Shown here in pieces: positions 1 through 10,638 of a stretch of DNA of 52,434 nt (position 1 is its first letter; every line of letters begins with the position of its first letter). The stretch spans positions 1 through 52,434 of the forward strand of contig FLMG01002243.1 in the NCBI GenBank assembly GCA_900088475.1, read 5' to 3'. The notes under the pieces are model-generated. The model made no database searches and was not told where the DNA came from. It worked only from the letters and a program-made list of their open reading frames with translations. The translations under genes and the position numbers were made by a program. This DNA is from Hyphochytrium catenoides. Lineage: Eukaryota; Protista; Hyphochytriomycota.

Positions 1-769
1 CACGTTGTGTCTCTATATCTTTCCTTCTCTCTCTCGTCTTTCCTCGGATTGACCGCTACTCGAGCTCCCGCAGTCGTCAGGATTGTCTCCTCCCTCGTAA
101 GAAGTCCCTTTCCCCTTTCCTTCTCTCTTCTTCCTTTATTTATGGAGACAAGGCTATTTTCAAGAAAGAATCAATCCTTTCCAATTTTGGGTCTGGGAGA
201 CGACTGATTTGCTTGCTTAACGCTTCACACGTCATCCCTCTTAGATAGTGGTACCTCAAGAGGAATGTTGGAAATTAGATTCCAGAGAGAGAGGGAGAGA
301 GAGAGAGACAGACAAACAGAGACAGAGAGAGACTGAGAGAAGCAGAGATAGAGAAAAACAGAGACTGAGAGAGGGACTGAGTGAGAGGGAAAAGTTGAAG
401 AGCCAAGCTGAGAGGCCAAGGGACAAACGGATACGGATGCGAGTAGAGAAAACATAACGGGGAGGTAGAAAGCGAGCCTGCAACTGCTTGGGGGAAGAGG
501 AGGCAACGAACTTCGGGATGAAACAAAAGACGAGAAGATGAACTTTGACAGGAGAGCTCCCTAACAACCTCAAGAAGTGGTCCTCAGAGAAAAAGCAAGA
601 GAGAGAAGGCGTTATATCAAGGTTGGCATAGAAAAGATAGATGCAGACAAAAAGAAGATCTTCGCGGTGTATGAAATATGGGGAAAGGAAGAGCAACTAC
701 TTCTTTCTCTCTCTCTCTCTCTCTGTGTCTCTCTCTTGTCGTTATCCCGCTTCTTGCTTTTGGCCATCA

Positions 770-1966
770 CTACCCTAGTGACCAGGCTACCAAGAAACAG
801 AGGCCGAGGAGTGTTGCGTGTCGCCAGAGAGGAGAAGTGCATGAAAACCAGGGGAGGAGGCTCCCTCTCTCTTCCCTGCCAGTTGGCCGTTGAAGGAGTT
901 GGGATATTGTTGGGCGGTAGCTTGCAGTGAGAAGAGATTGGCTATGTCTCTCAGTCTCTCTTTTCCTTCTCCTTCTTTTCTCATCTCTCTCTTTCTCTAT
1001 CCTAAGAGGGTACAGACGGATGCTCTCATACATTGATCTGAGCTCCTCCTCCTTCACTGAGAGAGAGAGGCTGGTTCGATAGCAGGAAGAGATGAACTCT
1101 TCGGGCTTTATCTTAGGCTTCACGATTGGATTGTGCAGGTCCGTGTTGAGCATAATCAGACTGTACATAAGAATGTACACGTTTTCCTTCTCTTGCTTTC
1201 TCCTCTCTCTTTCTGTCTCTCCCTCTTCGTCCCCCACCGCCTCCATTCTCCTCCTCTGCTCCACATACGCGAAGGCAAGAGCCCCCAACACACTGTCCGC
1301 TCCTTCACCTGCGTCAATGGGCAAGAAGGGAAAGAGAAAGAGGACCCTTCTTAGCGCCTTTTCTGGGCTGTCTTTCTCGTCCGCCAAAAGATGAAACTTA
1401 AGGAGAAGGCGCCGAAGGATGGTGGCGTCTTCTGTCTCGAGCTCACAGACGAATCGGACCATTCTGCGCTTATGGAAAGTGTCCAGGCGGCAAAGTACCC
1501 GGTAGACTGTCTCCAGGAGAGAGTCAGAATAGATGGGTCTGAACCATCTCTCCTTGACTCCTCCTCTTTCAATTTCTCTCCTTTTTCCTGCTTCAGATGC
1601 GTAGATTGGTAAGAGGCCTTCTGCTTCGAGCCGGAGAAAAGCTTGTCTAATGTTATGCTGGAGCGCCCAGGCGATCTCTGTCTCCAGATACTCCGCTAGT
1701 TCTCTCCAGAGGGAGAGACGTGTTCCCAAACTGCTGCTTCTATTCTTCTTTCCCTTTCTCTGTCTTTTCCAGGAGGAAGTGGGAGAGAGAGAGATCCCGT
1801 CTCCCCATCTTCTGCGCACATAACTGAGCCACAGCCCTTCAGAGGAGGAGACAAAGCTCTCAAAAGAGGAAGAGAGGCAAGCTACAGAGGACAGGGTGCC
1901 GTCCGTGGCAGTGAAGGTCAGCAAATGGCAGAGGACGGATGTGGGAAGGGACTGAAGGGTTGCCAT
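770..1966 (-). CDS. F-box + Sec7-domain protein (FBXO8-like architecture) with hydrophobic C-terminal tail; intronless
   Basis: 398-aa ORF. N-terminal LQSLPTSVLCHLLTF...LSSVACLSSSF...LW is an F-box pattern. ALRRVL..F..LP and VYILMYSLIMLNTDLHNPIVKPKIKPEEFI are Sec7 signature motifs. Ends in ...LWRHATLLGLCFLVAWSLG. Confidence 0.85.
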   Translation of the reverse strand: MATLQSLPTSVLCHLLTFTATDGTLSSVACLSSSFESFVSSSEGLWLSYVRRRWGDGISLSPTSSWKRQRKGKKNRSSSLGTRLSLWRELAEYLETEIAWALQHNIRQAFLRLEAEGLLPIYASEAGKRREIERGGVKERWFRPIYSDSLLETVYRVLCRLDTFHKRRMVRFVCELETEDATILRRLLLKFHLLADEKDSPEKALRRVLFLFPFLPIDAGEGADSVLGALAFAYVEQRRRMEAVGDEEGETERERRKQEKENVYILMYSLIMLNTDLHNPIVKPKIKPEEFISSCYRTSLSLSVKEEELRSMYESIRLYPLRIEKERDEKRRRRKRETERHSQSLLTASYRPTISQLLQRPTGREERGSLLPWFSCTSPLWRHATLLGLCFLVAWSLG

Positions 1967-2847
1967 TCTTTTCTCTCTTTCCGTCCCCTCGTCGGCCTTT
2001 TGTCTCGTTTCTCTCTCTCTTGTTAACCTGAAAAACAGGTCGCTAGGTCTTGACCTCTGTCCAGAGACATGAAAAGCTCTTTATGAGGCCTTCCGTGGAG
2101 GCAAGGCTCATCTTTGACGGGCATCTGTCTTCTTATTATGTGCATGCCCACCTAGCTCTCGATGCTCTCTCTCCCTCTTTATGTCTCTTGTTCCTCTCTC
2201 TCTCACTCTCTCTCTGCCTGCCTCCATTTCTATGGAAGAATAGAACATGGACTACCTCCTGGTCGAAGCAGAACCGCCTTCTGTATCACGTGCTTTGTGT
2301 ATATCAGGCGGATTCTCTGTCATTCCAGATTCTCATTATCCCCTCTGCTGCTATCTTTCCAGCTCCCTTTCTGACCTTACAGCTTCCTCTCCTCATAAGT
2401 CTGCCATGGACAACATTCTCCTCTACTGCGTCTCCCTTCCTTCAAGCCTTTGCTCGCGTTTCTTTCTTCGACTCCAATGCCCTTAAAGCTCTCTCTCTCT
2501 CTCTCTCTCTCTCNNNNNNNNNNNNNNNNNNNNNNNNNNNNNNNNNNNTCTCTCTCTCTTCGTGCCGGCAGAGTCGTGTGCCTTTCTTGTCTTCATCACG
2601 CTCATCGCGTCTTTTCGTCTCTTCCGCCTCCAACCCAAGTCATCTCTCCTCCTCTCCTCTTCCTCCTCCGCTGACAGCTCTGGTGCTGCTGGGGTGACGG
2701 CAGAGTGAGAAGCTGCCAGCGCATGCTGACACGACAGGAGGATACAACTCTCCTAGGACAGGGTACAGATATGTACAACTACACAACCTACCTCTTGGAG
2801 CAGGGAAGAAGAGGATGAGAGAAGTATAGACCGACAGGGACAGTGAG

Positions 2848-2851
<4 letters not shown>

Positions 2852-2911
<60 letters not shown>
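2852..2911. repeat. (GA)n microsatellite, about 30 units; representative of many AG/CT tracts in the window
   Basis: Directly visible perfect dinucleotide run. Similar runs near 706-722, 2490-2559, 40761-40783, 43729-43753, 44566-44589 and 50567-50603. Confidence 0.95.
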
Positions 2912-2923
<12 letters not shown>

Positions 2924-3367
2924 GAGCGAGAGAAAGAAAGAAAGAAAGAGAGAGAGAGGGAAGAAGAGAGGGAAGAAGAGATGGAGAGGTAAGAGAGGAT
3001 CATGAAGAACGGAAGGCATGATAGAAGACACGACAGGGACTGGGACGTGTGGAAGAAAGAGGTTGAGACTGACTGAGAGCAGCTCAGGCCCTCCCTGTTG
3101 AGTGTCTAGGAAGTTAGTTAACGTTAGACTGGCGCAGCTGTCTCGAGAAGGATATGCACAGAGCAGTGCCTGCTTAGTTATGTATGATACACGGTTAACT
3201 GAAGGTAAAGCAGCACTTCCGCCCAGCCACATAGGCAATAAATTTGTAGAGAGCTAACAAGCGTCTTCCCTCTCTCTCTCTCTCTCTCTCTCCCCTTCTT
3301 CGATAATGGCGCGTACGGTCTCAGGTCAGCGAGAAGGAGAATCAAACCACTCCTGCTTCGGGCATTA

Positions 3368-5520
3368 CTAGAACGTCTCGTCATCTCCTCCTAAGTCCAG
3401 CATGACCTTCTCCATTCCTGCACAAATGTGAACATCCTTCTCGTCAGACAAGGGAACACAATAGAGAAAGGAAGAAGGGTACACAATGGAGAGACACGCT
3501 CAAGAGAAACAAACCCAGAGCGAGAAGTGCAACAAGAAGGGAACAGGAAATACCTATTGACAAAATAGACGTAGCCCATTGCGACCGAGAGGAAGTTGGG
3601 AAGGGAGCAAACTGAGAAAGGGCGCCAAGGGAAGTTTCTAGGGCTGTAGCCTGTGGCCAGAAAGTATTACATACCAGGCTGGAATGCAGGCTTTCCTAAG
3701 AAAGGACAGCTGCCGCATCTAAATGCATCTCCCTTGTAACACTGCGAAACGTCGACGAAGAGGAGGAGAAGAAGGAGAATTAGACAGCAATCAAGTGCGA
3801 GGCCGGAGATAGGGCCCATAAAAGAGAGACCGTAGCTGTCTACACAAGAGTGTACTGCATTCTTACATTGCCGCAGCTTGAAACCTTCTGCTTCAAGTCC
3901 ACCTCGACTTCCTCGCCTGCCTGTTGCTCCTTCAAACTGAAGAGTGAGACAATCTGTTAGCTCTAATATTTTGCCTCATGAGAACCACTACGCAGGACAG
4001 CAAGAAGCTAGGAGGACACAGACAAACGTGTCTCCCTCTTGTTCTCCGCTTCAGCCTTGTTCTCCCCTTCTGCATTGTTCTCCCCTTCAGCCACCAATCT
4101 AGCACAACCTTCAACTATTATCACCCCCTAAACCGCTGTTCGCCATCCTCTTCAATCTTTCTCGACTTCTTTCCCCGCTTTGCCCTGTTTGGCTTACCCG
4201 CAGGAGCAGTTCTTGCAAGCCCTCTTCTTGGCTCCGACCCCACAATCCTCTGGTGTCGTGTTAATGACGGCCTTATCGCCCTCTAACAAGGCGTCCTCAT
4301 CTACCTCTTCGTCTTCCGCATCATCAGCGATGATTTTCCAGCTAGACATAGGGTTGAGCCAGACAGAGCGTACACCGGTAAGGGAAGGAGGTTTGAGACA
4401 AGAAGTGAGTTTGATTCTTTGCAAGAGGAATTCCCAAAGTCTTCGCAGTCTCGCCCTCTCTATTGTTTCGCTCAAGTCAGGGAACGAACATGCTCAAGTC
4501 AGGGAACGACATGATACTTACGTCTTTGTTGCAGTTTTTTTCGGCTTAAGGGATAGCGTCGCCGTGGTTCCAAAGGACTCTGCAGGTTTGATAGACACAG
4601 CCTGTAACACAAAGTTGCCGGAACAATTCAGTGCACGGTGAGGATATGCGCGTTGGAATAAATCCAAGCGATGGGACGAGAAGAGCGTACCCAGCAGACA
4701 AAGAAGATAGCGAGGGCGGTACTGCAGTCCATAGAAACGAAGAGCGAAGGGAAGGCTGAGGTTTGATTAGATTCTTACCTGAAGCCTTCTCTGGTTGTCA
4801 ACATCAATGTAGGAGATTTGCGTGTCAATGAACCCACCAATCATCAGGGCCATTTGGAGCTCTGACTCTGTCTTAGAATCTCCCTACAGAGATAGCCACA
4901 TGTGAAGAAGGCATGTTAGCAGAGTATACACTCCGTAAGCCCTCCTATTACGCTTCGCCCCAAAGGGTTGTTAAAGCACCACATCACCCTCGTTCGTCTC
5001 TCGACAGCGGAGCCTCACCTGCGGAGTCTCCTGCAGTACCTCTTCTACTATGAACTTTCCTCCCGGCTTCAGCATTGTAAGGAACTTCTCAAACAGCTGA
5101 TCAAGCCTATATCGGATCATTGACAAGGGAATATAGATCAAGATCAGTCATGGACATAATTGGACGCTGCACCTCGGTATTGCGGCCTCAGAGCATCTAT
5201 AAAAATTACTCATGTTTGGAATCAAAGAGATCTACTTACTTGACGTTTCCATCTCCTGCCGCAAGGATGAGGTCAACGCTGGCAGGGGCGAAGGCCAGCA
5301 TGGCTACATGGGGATATATAAGTGTCACGTGAGCTGAAGTACTGAGCGGAAGCATTTAGAGATATTTAGTACCTTCGCCATCTTTGTCCACAGAGACAAG
5401 CTCTGTAGAAGCTCCAGACTCCTGATGCTTTGCCTGCCAGTCTTTCCCATCATGCAGGAGACTTTCAGGGAGCACCACCAGAACCGTCTGGCCTTTCGCA
5501 AGGGCTACGTCCTCAAACAT
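3368..5520 (-). CDS. CIAPIN1: Anamorsin / Dre2 cytosolic Fe-S cluster assembly factor (9 predicted exons)
   Basis: GT-AG splicing gives [16 protein letters not shown]... a degenerate methyltransferase-like N-terminus (LKPGGKF, ALMIGGF), an acidic linker (VDEDALL), [16 protein letters not shown], then [43 protein letters not shown]. Both diagnostic Cys motifs are present. Confidence 0.95.
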
Positions 5521-7436
5521 CCTGACTCTTACGAAAGCTACTCTGCAACTGGAAGCAAGACTCAGATCCTTACTATGGCGCTCTGCTTGAGACAGCGCTG
5601 CTCTTTGGCCTTCGCTTGAGCTTCAACAATGACTGTGCCGGTTCTGATCTTCATTGCCCCACACTCGAAGCTCATCGAAGCTCCCGCTGTTTCTCTGTCT
5701 TGCGGTCCTCTCCATACATTTTATACACAAAACCCAGCAGCTTCCTACGTCTGAGATGGGGGGAGAACACAACACCATGGGACGATACGCTTCTCCCATT
5801 CTATGTGCTATTTGATGCACCGCAATACAAGAGGGGATATGCGTTGTTGTCCCGGGGGATAAACGTTTCATAGTAGTCGTGGGGGTTGTCAGAGCTTGAG
5901 ACGACAAAGTGTGAGCATTCTGACCCATTTAGAATAGATAGAGTAAAATACCGCTCTCTAACGTAATAATCTCGGTATGATCGCAAATCCTCTCCCTTGT
6001 CTGTCTTGAAGTTTTATCATGTTCGGATCTTCATTAAAATCTCTGTAAGGCTGGACACAGAGATTTCTGGACGTTGTTACAGATACACTGCCAAGCTCTG
6101 GCCAGACAATGCTGCTGACTGTGTATGAGAGATTGTATTTGGTGGAGTAGGCGCCGCTCGCTATAACTCACTACCTCTCGCTCTTCTTCTATTAGACTGC
6201 CATGTGGTGGAGGAAGTCGTGGTTAGGAGCGGTGTTAAGGTCCGTCGTCGGCATTTGCTATGTTGAGACGTCGCCTTGCAGAATGAAAGAGCTAACGTCC
6301 TATAGGTGGCTATCTAGAGCCTTAACAGGGTGCTTTACAGTGAGAGTTCATCCTTTGAGATGGAGATGGGGCTTACTTATAAGGGCAGGACTGTACTTTC
6401 GAGAAGACATCCGGGACCTCGATCTCTGAAGGATGAACCCTTTCTCTAAAGAAACGTATTGAGGCGTTAGATAGCCTCCTCTACTCTAGGACGTCAGATC
6501 TTCCTTAAAGGCTAGCGGCCCATATATATGGCACTCAGAAGAATCTCGGCACCTGCATGTAACAGTTAGAAGGTTAACCTTTCACCCGAGGCCTTGTTGA
6601 AGTTTCGGGTCTGTGTCATACCCATGCTTCCTCACCCAAGCAGGCAGGAGTAATATAGACACGGCATTAGAGTGCCGAGGATGGTGATGGATGGTTAGAA
6701 GTCGACTATGAGACCATCCTTGCTCTTGAACAGAATGCCAAATGAGTGCTGCCTAGCTTAGTGGTTGCGATGTACGGCCAGGTAAAGTTGCTGACAGCCC
6801 AGAGTTGGTATTCGCCAGTAGGCTTTGGTTACGAGTCTCCGGCAGAGATTTTTATCGACAGAGACTCGGGATCAACATTTAGAACATTTTTATTCTAATG
6901 AACGAAGGCCTTGAACCCCGAATCCAGTAGCGAGGCTTGCAGGCGCCAGATCTCTGCTGAGAAATGAGAGTGCGTTAACTTAAAAAAGTCCTGCCTCCCG
7001 AATGGCCTCAACAGCGGTAAGAGGGAAGCCAGGTGATCTCTATCGCGTCCACCTGGTTAGGGCTCTCGTCTCCTCTCATTAGTGCTCAGGCAGACAAATG
7101 GCTGAAAGGCATCACATTCAACTTACGCTTAGCTTCCCATCTTTAGGCTGAAAGCATTCATCATTGCTTTAAGATAAGTTCTTGAGAGTATAACATAGCT
7201 ACCCGCGAGGTATTAAAATGAGCTATCAACAAGGCAATCAGTGGCCAGCTAGGAGAGAATTCTCCAGGCAGTAAGTTGATCTGGGGCATCTTGCCTCTCT
7301 CGACGGCCCATTGTCCTTTGTACTTGCCAATGCCGTGTGTCTCTTTAGACCTAGACAAATCTTGCAACATTCTTGATCGCGCCGTGATGACTGGTCCTTT
7401 TATTCTGTCCGTGACTTGTGAAAGCTCACCGATGCC

Positions 7437-8984
7437 TTACTTACCCTGCAGCACTAGCGCAACTACGACGCTGATACTGATGGCGGAATAGTAGACCAGA
7501 TTCATGAGGTTCGCGGCCTTGGACCGACTGGGACTGTCTTCAAACTTGGCCGTCGCATCTGCAAACGAAACAGAGAACAGAAAACCTCCAGCCATCATGA
7601 AGAGAGAGTAGACGAAGATGATGACAAAGTCATTGTGCGGACCCAAGTAGCCTCGAACCATCATGACAAAGTGAAGGACGAACAGTGAGCGGAAGAGAGA
7701 GATGTACAGTTGAGTTCTCTCAGAGAACCAGCTCCGGATCTTGGAAGACAGAGTGAGAGAGATGCCCAGAAACATCATCACATAGTAATCATAGAGCATC
7801 AGAGTCGTCAGCTCTGAGCCGAAGATATCCGGCCGGGATGGACGAAGAGCAGTGTACTCGGCAGCTACTATGAGAGAGTTCAGCACTGAGACAAACTGGA
7901 TGGCACATTGCACTTTGCAGGTCGAGAAGATGAACTTGAAAGACTTGCCACTAGTCTCATCAACACTCTCTCTGCCTTTAGGCCGGACGACAGACAGAGA
8001 AAGGCGACTCTTTCTCCTCTTCTTCTTGATCTCCTCGTACTCTTGGCGGAGCTCGTTGTCCTTGTTCTCAAAGTAGACAGCCGCAGCCGGGCTACGGCGG
8101 GTCATAATAAGAAAGTTGACCAGTCCGACCAGATTCATTACCATTGCGAAGCCGTAATATATGAAAACTCTTCCCCAGTGCGGAGTCCCAAGAAGAAGAA
8201 GCAAATCCACACTCTCTTCCTGGTAGTCTATCCCTGCCCCTGTCACCACGACGGCATGTGCTTCAGGAGGAGAGACGGGAAGCGTACAGAGGTCACCAGT
8301 AGCCGTGTTTAGCGGTGCAAGACCTAAGAAGCAGGTCATGGTTCCCATGAAGAAGTACGAATAGAACTGACGAGGAAAGATAGCCACTACTTGGCTATAC
8401 CCGCCATAGAGTACAGAGAGGCTGATGCCCATAAGGCCCAGCACCAGAAAGAGGAAGAGGTTGCTCCCTCTGACAGCTGGGAGCTGGTAAGTGCTCCAGA
8501 TGAGAAGTGCGGCCATTATCAGCTGAGTCACATGCCCAAAGACGACGCGGAACGTGTTGGCATTGAGCGTCCCTAGTGCTTTATCAAACTTGAGATCATA
8601 GAGCCCTTGGAAGACTTGCACGAGGACACCAGGGATGAAGAGAGCGCCAGCTGCAATGGCGTAGAAGCCATCTCCCCATAGTAAACAGTGGTCAAACAGC
8701 GAGGTTTGGAGAAGAATCGCCTCTGCACAAGCAAACGTTCCCCATCCCATGAGGAAGAAGTGCATAGAGTACCGGAACTGCTTCTCTATCCCATCTTCCT
8801 CCGCTCTTTCCAGCTGTTTGGGAGTCACAAAGCTCTTTCTCCTGAAGTTCTGAACCTCTTCTTCGCCCAGTTCGTAGCAGACGGGACCCACTAGAAGAGG
8901 TGTGTTCTCTCCTATAAAGACAGGAGTAGGTCGCCTCTTAGAGCGAGAGGGACTGCTTTTCTCCATGTCCAAAGAAAAAACCAT
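7437..8984 (-). CDS. Equilibrative nucleoside transporter (ENT/SLC29)-family multi-pass membrane protein, divergent; intronless
   Basis: 515 aa from the first ATG (MVFSLD...). About 11 hydrophobic segments with a large central cytosolic loop. ENT-like motifs FFLMGWGT, VLYGGYSQVVAIFP..YSYFFMG, LFRSLF, SLFMMAGGFLFS and SRSKAANLM. Confidence 0.75.
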   Translation of the reverse strand: MVFSLDMEKSSPSRSKRRPTPVFIGENTPLLVGPVCYELGEEEVQNFRRKSFVTPKQLERAEEDGIEKQFRYSMHFFLMGWGTFACAEAILLQTSLFDHCLLWGDGFYAIAAGALFIPGVLVQVFQGLYDLKFDKALGTLNANTFRVVFGHVTQLIMAALLIWSTYQLPAVRGSNLFLFLVLGLMGISLSVLYGGYSQVVAIFPRQFYSYFFMGTMTCFLGLAPLNTATGDLCTLPVSPPEAHAVVVTGAGIDYQEESVDLLLLLGTPHWGRVFIYYGFAMVMNLVGLVNFLIMTRRSPAAAVYFENKDNELRQEYEEIKKKRRKSRLSLSVVRPKGRESVDETSGKSFKFIFSTCKVQCAIQFVSVLNSLIVAAEYTALRPSRPDIFGSELTTLMLYDYYVMMFLGISLTLSSKIRSWFSERTQLYISLFRSLFVLHFVMMVRGYLGPHNDFVIIFVYSLFMMAGGFLFSVSFADATAKFEDSPSRSKAANLMNLVYYSAISISVVVALVLQGK

Positions 8985-10638
8985 CGCCGCAGTAGAAGAA
9001 GCGGACGAGCAGGTCCTGCCTAGTACGGCGTAAGGCAAACAGGATCGTAGGCAGAGCAGAAAGAATGAGAAGAGAGAAGTATCAATTGACAGACAACGGG
9101 CCTTGTGAATGCAGAGAGCTGTCCTTACTCGTAGAACTTAGAATAACATGCCACTAAGGACGATAGGGCAAAGGGTGAGAGCAGAGAGCAGAGGCGCCAC
9201 AGGTGCGCTTGGTTGGCATCCTCGTGACTGCAGCACTTCCCTTGCCAGCCGCCAAGAGGTAGCCTCGTATCCCTATAGGTGGTCTTTGACTCCCGTATAT
9301 TTCTCCTCACTGTCGCTTACTCTGTATCTCTGCGCGTCGTTCTCTTTCACACTGTCTTCTGGCCTCTCCTACTGCATGATGTTTGCCTCTCTCTCTTGTC
9401 CCCGCGCTCTCTGTCTTCTGTCTCTTGCTCTCTCTCGCTCGCCCTGTGTCTGTCTGTCTGTGTCTCTCTCTCAATCTGTCTCTCTCCTCTCCTCTCTCTC
9501 TCTCTCCCACACTCTCTCTCTCCTTCCCTTAACTCTCGCACTCCTCCCTTTTATAACACACCGACTCCTTGTAAAACCATGGTGTTTGCCCTCTTGCGTC
9601 CCTTCTTATCTCCTTCCTGCCTCCTCCCCTTTCCATCTGGACTCTAAGACAGAGCTGCCTTTGATGCTCCGCGGAAGCCCTACCTTGAGGCTGCTGGTGC
9701 TGCTGGTGCTGCTGCTGCTGTAAGGCCATGGGTGTCGCTTCGTTCGAAGCCGCAACGGACAATCACCATACCATAATATTACTACTGCCATATCTGTGAC
9801 ATAAAACGGTGATAAGGGTGCGGGCCCTAGGGCCATATTACTACAGGTAGGCGTTGTTTGGTCTGTTGAGGGTCAACAGGGTTGGAGAAGAACTGATGCT
9901 TGCTCCTCCGTCCTGCGTGCCTGCCTGCAAGAACGGTTGCTGCTCTTTCTGCTGCTAATGAAGCAGCAGAAGGACAGAAGGACGACGACGCAGCCAGAGT
10001 AGTTCAGCAGCAGCAGCCAGCCGCAATGACAATCGCCTAAACAGAGTAGAAAGCCAGACATGCCCTCAGAGGAGGCCATGGCATGCAGAACATCCAAAGC
10101 TTCTATCATCCTTATAATAAGTAGCTGGTAGCAGTTGTGCTGACAAGACGCGCTGGGAAGCAGGGGAGAAGTCTAACTCCTCCGTGATCTGTCAAAGTTA
10201 AGATGAGCGTCAATAAATATATGCCTCCAAAGAAAGCGATAATTCTCAGCACTTCGAGACATGGATCGTTTGCGCCTTTAAACGTCTTCCTTCCGCACCC
10301 TAGGAAGCCGCCCAAGGCATACGGGGAGAGTGCCGGGGTGTAGACAACCAGGCATGGGAATCAAAAGCATTCCGGCATTGGGAGCATGCACGTGTATGAT
10401 ATACTTTGGGGTCATTATACTAGCAAGTAGCTTTAAAGAGCGTAAAGAACAGGGTCTTCTTGAAGGGATCTGTTAGGAATAGGATAGGAAGCTATTCTAC
10501 TGCGGAACCGAGAGAAGAGAGAACAGCAAGGCAAATGGAGATAGAGCTTAAGATAGAGGGTCACATGCTGGGGCCGGGGAAGGTGTAAGGGTCAGCTCTT
10601 CATCAAGAGGAAAAGAAGAAGAGCAAAGGTAGATTCTT

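Noticed and set aside
1-760. Short ORFs on both strands at the left edge
   Set aside because: No recognisable family or consistent splice chain; largely explained by AG/CT-rich composition.
2050-3238. ORFs of 160-215 aa rich in SLSL/ERER (also 9148-9723, 25626-26019, 26400-26942, 42609-43511)
   Set aside because: Stop-free frames produced by (CT)n/(AG)n tracts in introns or intergenic DNA, or antisense to real exons.
6900-6980. GGTTCAAG tRNA T-loop-like motif on the minus strand
   Set aside because: No cloverleaf pairing or acceptor stem could be built.
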